From the NCBI GenBank assembly GCA_036564585.1, contig DATCOR010000308.1, forward strand, positions 1 to 31,841: 31,841 bases of DNA, in the 5' to 3' direction. Source of the stretch: Candidatus Limnocylindria bacterium (GTDB lineage: Bacteria > Chloroflexota > Limnocylindria > P2-11E). Made by a program: the position numbers and the translations under genes. Shown piece by piece: positions 24,138 through 31,637 of this stretch (positions are counted from its first letter, which is position 1; every line of letters starts with the position of its first letter). The notes below the pieces were generated by a model. It made no database searches. It was not told where the DNA came from and saw only the letters and a program-made list of their open reading frames with translations.

Positions 24138-24168
24138 ATGGCCGAAGGCCATTTTATGGCCTTCGGCC
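24138..24168. repeat. Nested inverted repeat with a TAAAAT -10 in its centre, upstream of the tRNA
   Basis: GGCCGAAGGCCAT-TTT-ATGGCCTTCGGCC (24140-24168); ATGGCC-GAA-GGCCAT (24138-24152) is an alternative hairpin. Confidence 0.8.
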
Positions 24169-24225
24169 TGCTCCGCGTGCCTCGGCCGCTAGCTGCGGCG
24201 GGTCCGCTTCTTCGGCCGCGCGGCG

Positions 24226-24675
24226 TCAGAAGAAGCGGTGGTAGTGCAGGAACTCGTCGTCCTTCGTCCAGCCGCATGCCTCATAGAGCCGTTGGGCGCC
24301 AAGGTTCGTGATCTGGGTGCTCAACGTGAGGCCCTTCGCGCCGGTCTCGGCGGCCCAGCGTTCCGCGCGCTCGAGCAGCGCGCGACCGGCTCCCGACTTG
24401 CGCGCGTCCGGCGTCACGAAGAGATCGTTCAGGACCCAGAGCCGCTTCATCGAGACCGACGAGAACGATGGGTACAGCTGGGTGAAGCCCACGATCGCGC
24501 CGTCGACGACGGCGAGGAAGATCACCGACTCGCCGCGCTTGAATCGATCGGCGAGGAACGCTCGAGCGCCGGTGAGGTCGGCCGCCTGCCCGTAGAACCG
24601 GCGATAGGCATCGAACAGCGGTACCAGCGCGTCGACGTCGTCGAGCTCCGCGCGCACCGAGCGGACCTCAGGCAT
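24226..24675 (-). CDS. GNAT-family N-acetyltransferase
   Basis: Start ATG 24675 overlaps the Rieske gene end; LFDAYRRFY, GFTQLYPSFSSVS, LNDLFV.PDARKSGAGRAL, AQRLYEACGW. Confidence 0.88.
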   Translation of the reverse strand: MPEVRSVRAELDDVDALVPLFDAYRRFYGQAADLTGARAFLADRFKRGESVIFLAVVDGAIVGFTQLYPSFSSVSMKRLWVLNDLFVTPDARKSGAGRALLERAERWAAETGAKGLTLSTQITNLGAQRLYEACGWTKDDEFLHYHRFF

Positions 24676-25759
24676 GCATGAATTCGGCGAGCAGCCGGTG
24701 GAAGTGGTGCACGCCGCCCTCGCGGGTAGGGGAGTAGCGGCCGCGGTCGTACAGCCGCGACCGGACCCCGCGCTGCACCGCTTCGACGATCGCCTCATCC
24801 TCGCGTTCGACCCGATCGAGCCCGGAACCCGCACCCTCGCCGCGTGCGCTCTCGTCCCATACGAACGGCAGGAACGAGACCCGCGTGCGATCGACCGCGA
24901 GCGGCGTGACGACATTCACCGACACGCCCCACGGATACACGTTGAACATCGTCGTCGGGAAAAGCCAGAAGTAGTACGCCGCGATCGATCGATCGGCGTC
25001 GCGGTGACCGGCCGGCAACGCGAACGACCGCTCGCCGGGCTTCGCGATGCCCAGCTGCAGGACGGCGTACCGCTCGAGCTCTACGGCGTACGCGCCGTAG
25101 TCGAGCGTCGTCGCGAGGCTCGAGTGGACGTACGGGATGTGGAAGCCCTCGAGGTAGTTGTCGACGTAGAGGGCCCAGTTCGCTTCCACGAGGTAGTCGC
25201 GCGCCGCCGCCGCGTCGTAGACAAGATCGGCGAACGGCAGTCCGCCGAGGCGCGCGCGGACGGGCGCGGCCACATCGTCGAACCTCATCGCCGGCGCGAG
25301 CGCGACCATGAAGAAGCGTTCGAGCTGCGCGAGCGAGACCCGCGGCAGGTCGTCGGCCTTCGACGGGAAGTTCGCCGTGCCCTCGAACTCCGGCATCGAG
25401 TGGAACCGGCCGTCGAGCGTGAACCGCCGTCCGTGATACCGGCAGCGCAGCTGCTGGAGGTGACCGGCGCCCTCGACGACGAGCGTCCCGCGGTGCGTGC
25501 ACACGTTCGAGAGGCAATGCAGCCGGTCGTCGGCATCGCGCGTCAGCACGAGCGGCTCATCGAGCGCGCCGGGAAGGAGCGTGAACGGGAACACCTGGCC
25601 GGCGACGCTCACGAGGTCGTCGTGGCCGGCGTACTGCCACGTTCGCGCGAAGACGCGCTCGCGCTGCACGCGGAACAGCTCGGGGTCCGAGTACACGCGG
25701 GCGGGCAGGGTCGCCGCGGTGCGGATGTCCGGATCGATGCCGAACGGTCGCTCGCTCAC
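24668..25759 (-). CDS. Rieske non-heme iron oxygenase alpha subunit (choline/carnitine monooxygenase-like)
   Basis: C-terminal part of ORF 24668..27274; Rieske CTH-x18-CRYH, NWALYVDNYLEGFHIPYVH, EREDEAIVE; GTG start at 25759. Confidence 0.9.
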   Translation of the reverse strand: MSERPFGIDPDIRTAATLPARVYSDPELFRVQRERVFARTWQYAGHDDLVSVAGQVFPFTLLPGALDEPLVLTRDADDRLHCLSNVCTHRGTLVVEGAGHLQQLRCRYHGRRFTLDGRFHSMPEFEGTANFPSKADDLPRVSLAQLERFFMVALAPAMRFDDVAAPVRARLGGLPFADLVYDAAAARDYLVEANWALYVDNYLEGFHIPYVHSSLATTLDYGAYAVELERYAVLQLGIAKPGERSFALPAGHRDADRSIAAYYFWLFPTTMFNVYPWGVSVNVVTPLAVDRTRVSFLPFVWDESARGEGAGSGLDRVEREDEAIVEAVQRGVRSRLYDRGRYSPTREGGVHHFHRLLAEFMHA

Positions 25760-25795
25760 GGCGGCGATGCTACGGCGCGTAGGCTGAAACCCATG
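25757..25795. promoter_or_regulatory. Bidirectional leaderless promoter
   Basis: CAC-N7-ATGCTA-N7-TAGGCT-N7-ATG: TAGCAT (minus) and TAGGCT (plus), each 7 nt from its start codon; no SD on either side. Confidence 0.65.
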
Positions 25796-27409
25796 TCCGA
25801 CGCCTACGCCCTCGTCCTCCATTCCCACCTGCCCTACGTGCGGGGTGCCGGCCGCTGGCCCCACGGCGAAGAGTGGGTCCACGAGGCGATCCTCGGCACG
25901 TACCTCCCACTGCTCGTCCTCCTTCACGACCTGCGCGACGAGGGCGTGCGCTACCGCATCACCATCGGGCTCACGCCGACGCTCCTCGAACAGCTCGCCG
26001 ATCCGGACATCTGCACGCGATTCCTCGCGTACGCCGACGATCAGATCCGGCGAGCCGAGCTCGACGCCTGGGACTTCGGCGTCGCCGGTGCGTCGGCGAA
26101 GCAGGCCGTCGCGGAGTTCTACCGCGGCTCGTATGGCCGGCTGAAGCTCGCGTTCACCCAGCGGTTCGGGCGCGACATCGTCGGGGCGTTCGCGGACCTC
26201 GCGCGTACCGGCGAGGTCGAGATCCTCACCTCCGCCGCGACGCATGGCTACCTGCCGCTGCTCGACGCGCGCTCGGTGGAGGCGCAGCTCCGCGTCGGAC
26301 TCGCGTCCACGAAGCGCCTGGTCGGCATCGAGCCGACCGGCATCTGGCTCCCCGAGTGCGCGTACAAGCCCGGCCTCGAGCGTGCGCTCGAGCGCCACGG
26401 GTTCACACACTTCTTCACCGACGCCGCGCTCATGCGTGGCCGCGAGGTCGGCCTCGCGGCGAAGCCGTTCCGCTCGAAGCGCGCCGAGCGGCACTCCGGC
26501 ACCGGCGCGCGCGTCGCGGTGCTGGATCAGGCCGAGCCGCTCATCGATCCCGAGGTCGATCTCTTCCGGCCGTACCTCGTCGCCGACTCCGCGGTCGCCG
26601 CGGTGTCGCGCCATACGGAGATATCCGGCCAGGTCTGGTCGGCGTCGCAGGGCTACCCCGGCGACCCGTTCTACCGCGAGTTCCACCGCAAGGACGATCG
26701 CTCCGGCCTCCGGTACTGGCGCGTCACGGGCACGACGGATCTCGGCAACAAGGCCGAGTACTCGGTGCCGAGGGCCGGCGAGCGCGTCCGGGCACATGCC
26801 GAGCACTTCACGGCGTCGGTCCGCGACGAGCTCGCCGCCCACCGCAGCGCGACGGGGCGCGATGGGATGCTCGTCACGACCTTCGACAGCGAGCTCTTCG
26901 GGCACTGGTGGTTCGAGGGCATCGACTGGCTCGGCATCGTGTTGCGCGAGCTCAGTGACCTCGCGACGACTGTCGCGGGCCGGCTCGAGGCCCAGCCGCC
27001 GCGCGAGCGGATCGCGCTCGCCGAGGGCTCGTGGGGCAAGAACAACGATCACTCGACCTGGATCGCGCCGCAGACGAACTGGATGTGGGACGGGATCCGC
27101 AGCGCCGCATCGAAGATCCGCGGCCTCGCGGACGATCCGCCACGCGACGCGCTGCGCAAGCGGGCCGCGGATCACGCGCTCCGCGAGCTGCTGCTGCTCG
27201 AGTCGAGCGACTGGCCGTTCCTCGTCACGACGGGGCAGGCCGGTGACTACGCGACCGAACGCTTCCGCTCGCACGCCCAGCGTCTGCAGCGCTCGCTCGA
27301 GATCGCGGCGCGCGGCACGGGCCAGGATCAGGTCGAGCTGCGCAGCCTCGAGCGGGCGGACAACCCATTCCCGGACGCGCGGATCGAGGACTTCGCCGAG
27401 GTCAGCTAG
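25793..27409 (+). CDS. GH57 1,4-alpha-glucan branching enzyme (DUF1957 type)
   Basis: LVLHSHLPYV, ATHGYLPL, GIWLPECAY (nucleophile Glu), FDSELFGHWWFEG (acid/base Asp), SSDWPF. Confidence 0.92.
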   Translation: MSDAYALVLHSHLPYVRGAGRWPHGEEWVHEAILGTYLPLLVLLHDLRDEGVRYRITIGLTPTLLEQLADPDICTRFLAYADDQIRRAELDAWDFGVAGASAKQAVAEFYRGSYGRLKLAFTQRFGRDIVGAFADLARTGEVEILTSAATHGYLPLLDARSVEAQLRVGLASTKRLVGIEPTGIWLPECAYKPGLERALERHGFTHFFTDAALMRGREVGLAAKPFRSKRAERHSGTGARVAVLDQAEPLIDPEVDLFRPYLVADSAVAAVSRHTEISGQVWSASQGYPGDPFYREFHRKDDRSGLRYWRVTGTTDLGNKAEYSVPRAGERVRAHAEHFTASVRDELAAHRSATGRDGMLVTTFDSELFGHWWFEGIDWLGIVLRELSDLATTVAGRLEAQPPRERIALAEGSWGKNNDHSTWIAPQTNWMWDGIRSAASKIRGLADDPPRDALRKRAADHALRELLLLESSDWPFLVTTGQAGDYATERFRSHAQRLQRSLEIAARGTGQDQVELRSLERADNPFPDARIEDFAEVS

Positions 27410-28136
27410 CCGCGCACAGCGCGTCGAACCCGCTCGTCCAGGTCGCGCGCAGATCCGGGCCGATCGCGTAGGCCTCGTAGCCCGGCAGGTTCTCGAGGTA
27501 GTCGATCGCGCGCGTACCCATTGCGAACGCCGCGGTCGCCTGCACGTCGGCCTCGACGATGCTCGGGCCGACCACCGTCAGACTCACGAGCTCGTCCGCC
27601 GGCGCGCCCGTGTGCGGGTCGTAGATGTGCGCGCCCTTCTCGTACGTGCCCGATGTCGCGACCGCGAGATCGCCGCCGAGCACGACTCGAACGACCGATC
27701 CGCGCTCGACCGGATGCCGGATCCCGATGCGCCACGGCTCGCCCGCGTCGCTTTCGCCACGGGTCCGAACGTCGCCGCCGGCATCGACGAAGTACGCGCG
27801 ATGCCCATGGGCATCGAGGATCGCGCACGCGCGCTCGATCGCCCAGCCCTTCACGTAGCCCGACGGATCGAGCGCCGCGCCACGCCACGCGCTGAAGAAC
27901 CCGCCCGTCGCAGTTTCGTACCGCTCGCACCGCGCGAGCACGTCCTGCACCTCGGCGCTCGCGTCGTCGATCCGCAGGCGCCCGTCGTTGATCCGGGACA
28001 CCGCGCTGTCCGGCGCGAACGGGCTGAAGACCGCGTCGATGCGCCGGAGCTCCGCGAACGCCTCGTCGATGCCGCGGTCGCCGTCGCGCACGTCGATGGT
28101 GATCGGCATGCCCATGATCTCCTCGGTCCGGCGCAT
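27402..28136 (-). CDS. apbE: FAD:protein FMN transferase
   Basis: MGMPITI, FSPF.PDS.VSRIN, DPSGYVKGWA, DAGGD, WRIGIRHP, ATSG.YE, HIYDP.TG, ADVQATA. Confidence 0.92.
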   Translation of the reverse strand: MRRTEEIMGMPITIDVRDGDRGIDEAFAELRRIDAVFSPFAPDSAVSRINDGRLRIDDASAEVQDVLARCERYETATGGFFSAWRGAALDPSGYVKGWAIERACAILDAHGHRAYFVDAGGDVRTRGESDAGEPWRIGIRHPVERGSVVRVVLGGDLAVATSGTYEKGAHIYDPHTGAPADELVSLTVVGPSIVEADVQATAAFAMGTRAIDYLENLPGYEAYAIGPDLRATWTSGFDALCAAS

Positions 28137-28138
28137 CG

Positions 28139-28609
28139 CTACTGGCCCGCCTGCTTCAGGGCGCTCGCGAGGGATTGGGCGTACGCGCGGCTCGTGTAGG
28201 TCGCGCCCGACACGATGTCCACGCGGGCAGACTGCGCCTGGATCGCCTCCGAGCGGAGGATCGGCGCCGAGTACTGGCTGATACGCGCCGATCGCGAACG
28301 GTCACTTGGCAGCTGGAGCGCCTGGACGTCGAGGATCTTGCCGCCCGACAGCGCGATCTGGACCTGCACCGGCCCGAACGGCGTCTCGAACGTCGGTCCG
28401 GTGAAGGCGGTCCCGCCGGCGGCGCCGCCGGTCGCGGGCGGATTCGTCGCGCGCGCGGTCGGCTGCGGCGCGCGCCCGGGTGCCGTCGTGACCCGCGGCG
28501 AGGGCACGCTCACGACCGGGACGTCGATCGGCTCGGCCGAGACCTTGAAGGTCACGACCCAGTACACGCCGATGACGGTGGTCGCGAAGGCCGCAAGCGC
28601 GCGTCTCAT
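28139..28609 (-). CDS. Membrane-anchored FMN-binding (flavinylated) protein
   Basis: N-terminal hydrophobic segment, Pro/Thr linker, T.FGPVQV, flavinylation motif DIVSGATYTS. Confidence 0.9.
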   Translation of the reverse strand: MRRALAAFATTVIGVYWVVTFKVSAEPIDVPVVSVPSPRVTTAPGRAPQPTARATNPPATGGAAGGTAFTGPTFETPFGPVQVQIALSGGKILDVQALQLPSDRSRSARISQYSAPILRSEAIQAQSARVDIVSGATYTSRAYAQSLASALKQAGQ

Positions 28610-29976
28610 CAGAAGTCGAACGCCTCCGTGTGGATGCGGTCGGGGGCCAGGCCGAGTGCCCGAAGCGTGTGGACGAGCTGCCGCGTCATGCCATGCGGCC
28701 CGCAGATGAACACGTCGCGCTCCATCACGTCAGGCACCATTTTGACCAGGTTCGCCTGCTGGAACCAGTCCGCGTGGATCCAGCCCTGCGGCCCGCGGTT
28801 GCTCACCAGATATTCGACCCGGACGCCGAATCGCGATTCGAGCGAGTCGAACTCGCCGCGGAACGCGATATCTCGCTGGCGGCGGCAGCGATACAGGACA
28901 CACACGTCCACTCCGTCGCGTGCCAGGACCTCGGCGAGCGGCCGGATCGGAGCGATCCCGATCCCGCCGCCCACCAGCAACGCTTTTCTGCTCCGGCAGG
29001 CCTCGCGCGTGAACAGTCCGAACGGTCCCTCGACGATGACCGGCGTGCCCCGTCGGAGCTGCTGGAGGCCGGCGGTGAAGTCGCCGATGCTCTTGGTAGT
29101 GAAGCGAAGATGCCGCGCGCCCGGGCCCGATGAGAGCGAGAACGGGTGCGCCTCGAACCAGCGCGAGCCGTCGAGGAACCGCCAGAGGAAGAACTGCCCT
29201 GCCTGGAACGGCAGCGCTGCGACGTCGCGACCCGACACGTAGATCGAGATCGCCTCGTGCGCTTCGCGCTCCACGCGTTCGACGCGGAATCGATGCCGGT
29301 CGTATCGCATCAGGGGTCGCGCCACGCGGTAGTACAGCAGCGCGACGGTGACGACCGCGTACAGCGCCCACCAGTACGCGACGGATAGCGGCGCGCGGAT
29401 GAAATCGATGCCCACGGTCAGCTCGTGCGCGAACGCAAGCGCGATCGCCACGTACGAGTAGAGGTGGATGAAGTACCAGGTCTGGTACGAGAGCCGCCGC
29501 CGCGCAGCCGACATCGAGAGTCCGGCCACGGCGATCAACAGGAGGAGCGCGGCGATGGCCGGCACGAGGCCGTCGTAGTGGTCGATGAAGTCACCGAGCT
29601 GCTGGAGGATGCCGTAGCCGTTGTCCATCGCGTAAGCGATCGTCTGCGCGACGGCGTGCGCCACGAGCAGCCACAGGATCAGGAACCCGTTTCGGCGATG
29701 GATGACGACGAGGCTCTCCATCCCGAAGGCGTCGTCGAGCCACGGGATCCGCGCCATGAGGAGGAGCTCCCAGAGCACGAGGTACGTGCCGATGAGAGCG
29801 GTGACCCGGCCGATGACGTTGAGCGCGTCGGCAGCCGTCCTCACGCCGTCGTGGCCGCTGCCGACCCACCAGAGGAGAAGGATCGCGGCCAGGTTCGCGT
29901 TGAAGACCGCCCAGATGATGTCGCGACCCGCCTGACCCGCGAAACGGCGCGCCGGTACCGCGGTGGGCTGCTCCAC
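28609..29976 (-). CDS. Ferric-reductase-like transmembrane domain plus FAD/NAD(P)-binding ferredoxin reductase domain
   Basis: Start reassigned to GTG 29976; TM His residues (IHRRNG, AHAV, FIHLYSY, FAHEL), HPFSLSS, VEGPFG.F, GGGIGIAP, FICGP, IHTEAFDF; TGATG coupling to the FMN-bind gene. Confidence 0.9.
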   Translation of the reverse strand: MEQPTAVPARRFAGQAGRDIIWAVFNANLAAILLLWWVGSGHDGVRTAADALNVIGRVTALIGTYLVLWELLLMARIPWLDDAFGMESLVVIHRRNGFLILWLLVAHAVAQTIAYAMDNGYGILQQLGDFIDHYDGLVPAIAALLLLIAVAGLSMSAARRRLSYQTWYFIHLYSYVAIALAFAHELTVGIDFIRAPLSVAYWWALYAVVTVALLYYRVARPLMRYDRHRFRVERVEREAHEAISIYVSGRDVAALPFQAGQFFLWRFLDGSRWFEAHPFSLSSGPGARHLRFTTKSIGDFTAGLQQLRRGTPVIVEGPFGLFTREACRSRKALLVGGGIGIAPIRPLAEVLARDGVDVCVLYRCRRQRDIAFRGEFDSLESRFGVRVEYLVSNRGPQGWIHADWFQQANLVKMVPDVMERDVFICGPHGMTRQLVHTLRALGLAPDRIHTEAFDF

Positions 29977-30013
29977 TGCCGGTACTACCCGGCCCGGAGC
30001 TGCCTCGTTTCGG

Positions 30014-30817
30014 CTAGCCCTTCTTGCCCTTCGGGGCGGGCGCGGCCTTGGCCGCAGGCGCCGCTCCCTTGGCCGCGGGCGCTGCGCCCTTGGCTGCGGG
30101 CGCTGCGCCCTTGGCTGCGGGCGCACCGGCGGCAGGCGCGCCGCCCGCGGCGGGCGCGGCACCAGCCGCTGCCGGTGCGGCACCTTCGGCGGCCGGCTCG
30201 CCCTCGACGGCCTCGCCCTCGACGGTGGCGGCCGGCTTCTCGACGACTTCCTCGGCGCGCGGCGCGACGGCCTTCGCCACGACCTGCTCGCCGTCATTGA
30301 GGATCTCGATCTTCGACCCGTCGACGACAAGGTCACGCACGTAGAGGGCGTCCTCGATCTGCTCGATCTTCGCAAGGTCGACGTCGATCTGGTGCGGAAT
30401 GTCCTGCGGGAACGCTTCGATGCGCACCTCGCTCAGCGCGTGGACCATGACGCCGCCGTGGGTGCGGACCGCCGGAGACTCGCCGGTGAAGTGCAGCGGC
30501 ACGATCGCGTGGGTCTTCTCGGTGAGCGAGACCCGCGCGAAGTCCACGTGCAGGAGGGAGCCGCTCTTCGGCTCGCGCGAGACGTCGTGCACGAGCACCG
30601 CGACGTCGCCGCCATCGAGCCCCGTCAATGACAGGAGCGTGGTCTGGCCCCAGCGGCGATAGCCTTTCTGGAAGACGCTCGTGTCCGTCTCGACCGGGGT
30701 CGAATCGGCGTGGCCGCCGAAGATCACGGCGGGCAGGCGGCCCTCGCGGCGCAGCGCGCCGACCTTCTTGCCGAGCACGGTGCGCGGACGGACCTCGAGC
30801 TTCGGTGCATCAGCCAA
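30014..30817 (-). CDS. rplY: 50S ribosomal protein bL25 / general stress protein Ctc (long form)
   Basis: GKKVGALRREGRLPAVIFG, LLHVDFARV, VPLHFTG, PQDIP..I.VD; TTG start with SD AGGGGAG. Confidence 0.93.
   Translation of the reverse strand: MADAPKLEVRPRTVLGKKVGALRREGRLPAVIFGGHADSTPVETDTSVFQKGYRRWGQTTLLSLTGLDGGDVAVLVHDVSREPKSGSLLHVDFARVSLTEKTHAIVPLHFTGESPAVRTHGGVMVHALSEVRIEAFPQDIPHQIDVDLAKIEQIEDALYVRDLVVDGSKIEILNDGEQVVAKAVAPRAEEVVEKPAATVEGEAVEGEPAAEGAAPAAAGAAPAAGGAPAAGAPAAKGAAPAAKGAAPAAKGAAPAAKAAPAPKGKKG
30055..30124 (-). repeat. 21-bp tandem repeat in the rplY tail (AAKGAAP x3)
   Basis: Two identical copies of cgggcgctgcgcccttggctg (30076-30117), one degenerate copy (30055-30075) and a partial copy. 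Confidence 0.85.
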
Positions 30818-30861
30818 GTGGATTCGCTCCCCTGATCGCGGTCTTGAGAGACTCGATTATC

Positions 30862-31527
30862 TCAGGGCGGGGTCGGGAGGTCCACCACGAGCCGGACAGG
30901 GCTCGCCAGCTGGCTCACCTTGGCGCAGGCCAGCCGCTCGAGCCCGAGGCCCCATGACGTGACCCGCTCGAAGTCGTCGATGAGCTTCACCTCACGCACG
31001 AGCGGGAGTGCGGGTCGGAGGTCCGTTTGCGTGAACGTCTGCGTTCCGGTGGTCGGATCGACGGTCGACGAGTTGCTCAGGCGCACTGAGAGGAACGCAT
31101 TGCCGTCGACGGGCACCTGGCGTCCGCTCGTACCGACGAACTGGGTCGCGACCGCGATCGACCAGGGCGGGAGGCCATAGGCACCGACCGTCGAGGGGCC
31201 GAACTCGAAGACCACCCGGTCGAATCCCGGGTTGTGCGCGGCGCGGACGGCCGTGATCTGGGCCTGGAATGCGGTGCTCCCGCCGGTCTGGGCCGGGCAC
31301 GCCACCGGCGTCGAGCCCGGTGAGGGGCTCGGGCCAACGGTGGGGCTCGGGCTGGGCGACGGCGTGGGCGGAGGCGTGGTCGGCGATGGCCGAGCGAGCG
31401 TCTGGGTCGGCGTCGGCGCAGCGGTCGTCGGGACCGCGGATGTGGCCGGCGGGGTGGTCGTGACAGGCGTGCAGGCGGCCACGGCGATCAGCGCGGCGGC
31501 ACACAACAGGAGGAAGCGCTCGTTCAT
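30862..31527 (-). CDS. Lipoprotein with Pro/Thr/Ser linker and AMIN-like domain
   Basis: Lipobox LIAVAAC; VRAAHNPGFDRVVFEF; DFERVTSWGLGL; SPVRLVVDL. Confidence 0.75.
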   Translation of the reverse strand: MNERFLLLCAAALIAVAACTPVTTTPPATSAVPTTAAPTPTQTLARPSPTTPPPTPSPSPSPTVGPSPSPGSTPVACPAQTGGSTAFQAQITAVRAAHNPGFDRVVFEFGPSTVGAYGLPPWSIAVATQFVGTSGRQVPVDGNAFLSVRLSNSSTVDPTTGTQTFTQTDLRPALPLVREVKLIDDFERVTSWGLGLERLACAKVSQLASPVRLVVDLPTPP

Positions 31528-31620
31528 GTCGGCCCAGTCTGACCGAATCCACGCGGTGTGTCGAGAATCCTTACAAGCAGACGGCGATTTTGTACGCAGA
31601 CCGTACGGCGAAATGAAATT

Positions 31621-31629
31621 TGGTAGAAT
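31621..31629 (+). promoter_or_regulatory. Extended -10 (TGG-TAGAAT) for a leaderless GH57 gene
   Basis: TGn-TAGAAT 8 nt before GTG 31638; no SD. Confidence 0.6.
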
Positions 31630-31637
31630 GCCTCCAA

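Noticed and set aside
24668-27409. Very long overlapping ORFs 24668..27274 (868 aa) and 24674..27409 (911 aa)
   Set aside because: These are antisense extensions typical of high-GC DNA; the real genes are Rieske (24668-25759, minus) and GH57 (25793-27409, plus).
28609-29976. Membrane reductase as electron donor to the Rieske oxygenase
   Set aside because: It is operonic with FMN-bind and ApbE and has no 2Fe-2S domain; trans-membrane export is the better fit.
29977-30375. 588-aa ferric-reductase ORF with an N-terminal extension
   Set aside because: The extension is an alternative frame of the rplY repeat tail; start reassigned to GTG 29976.
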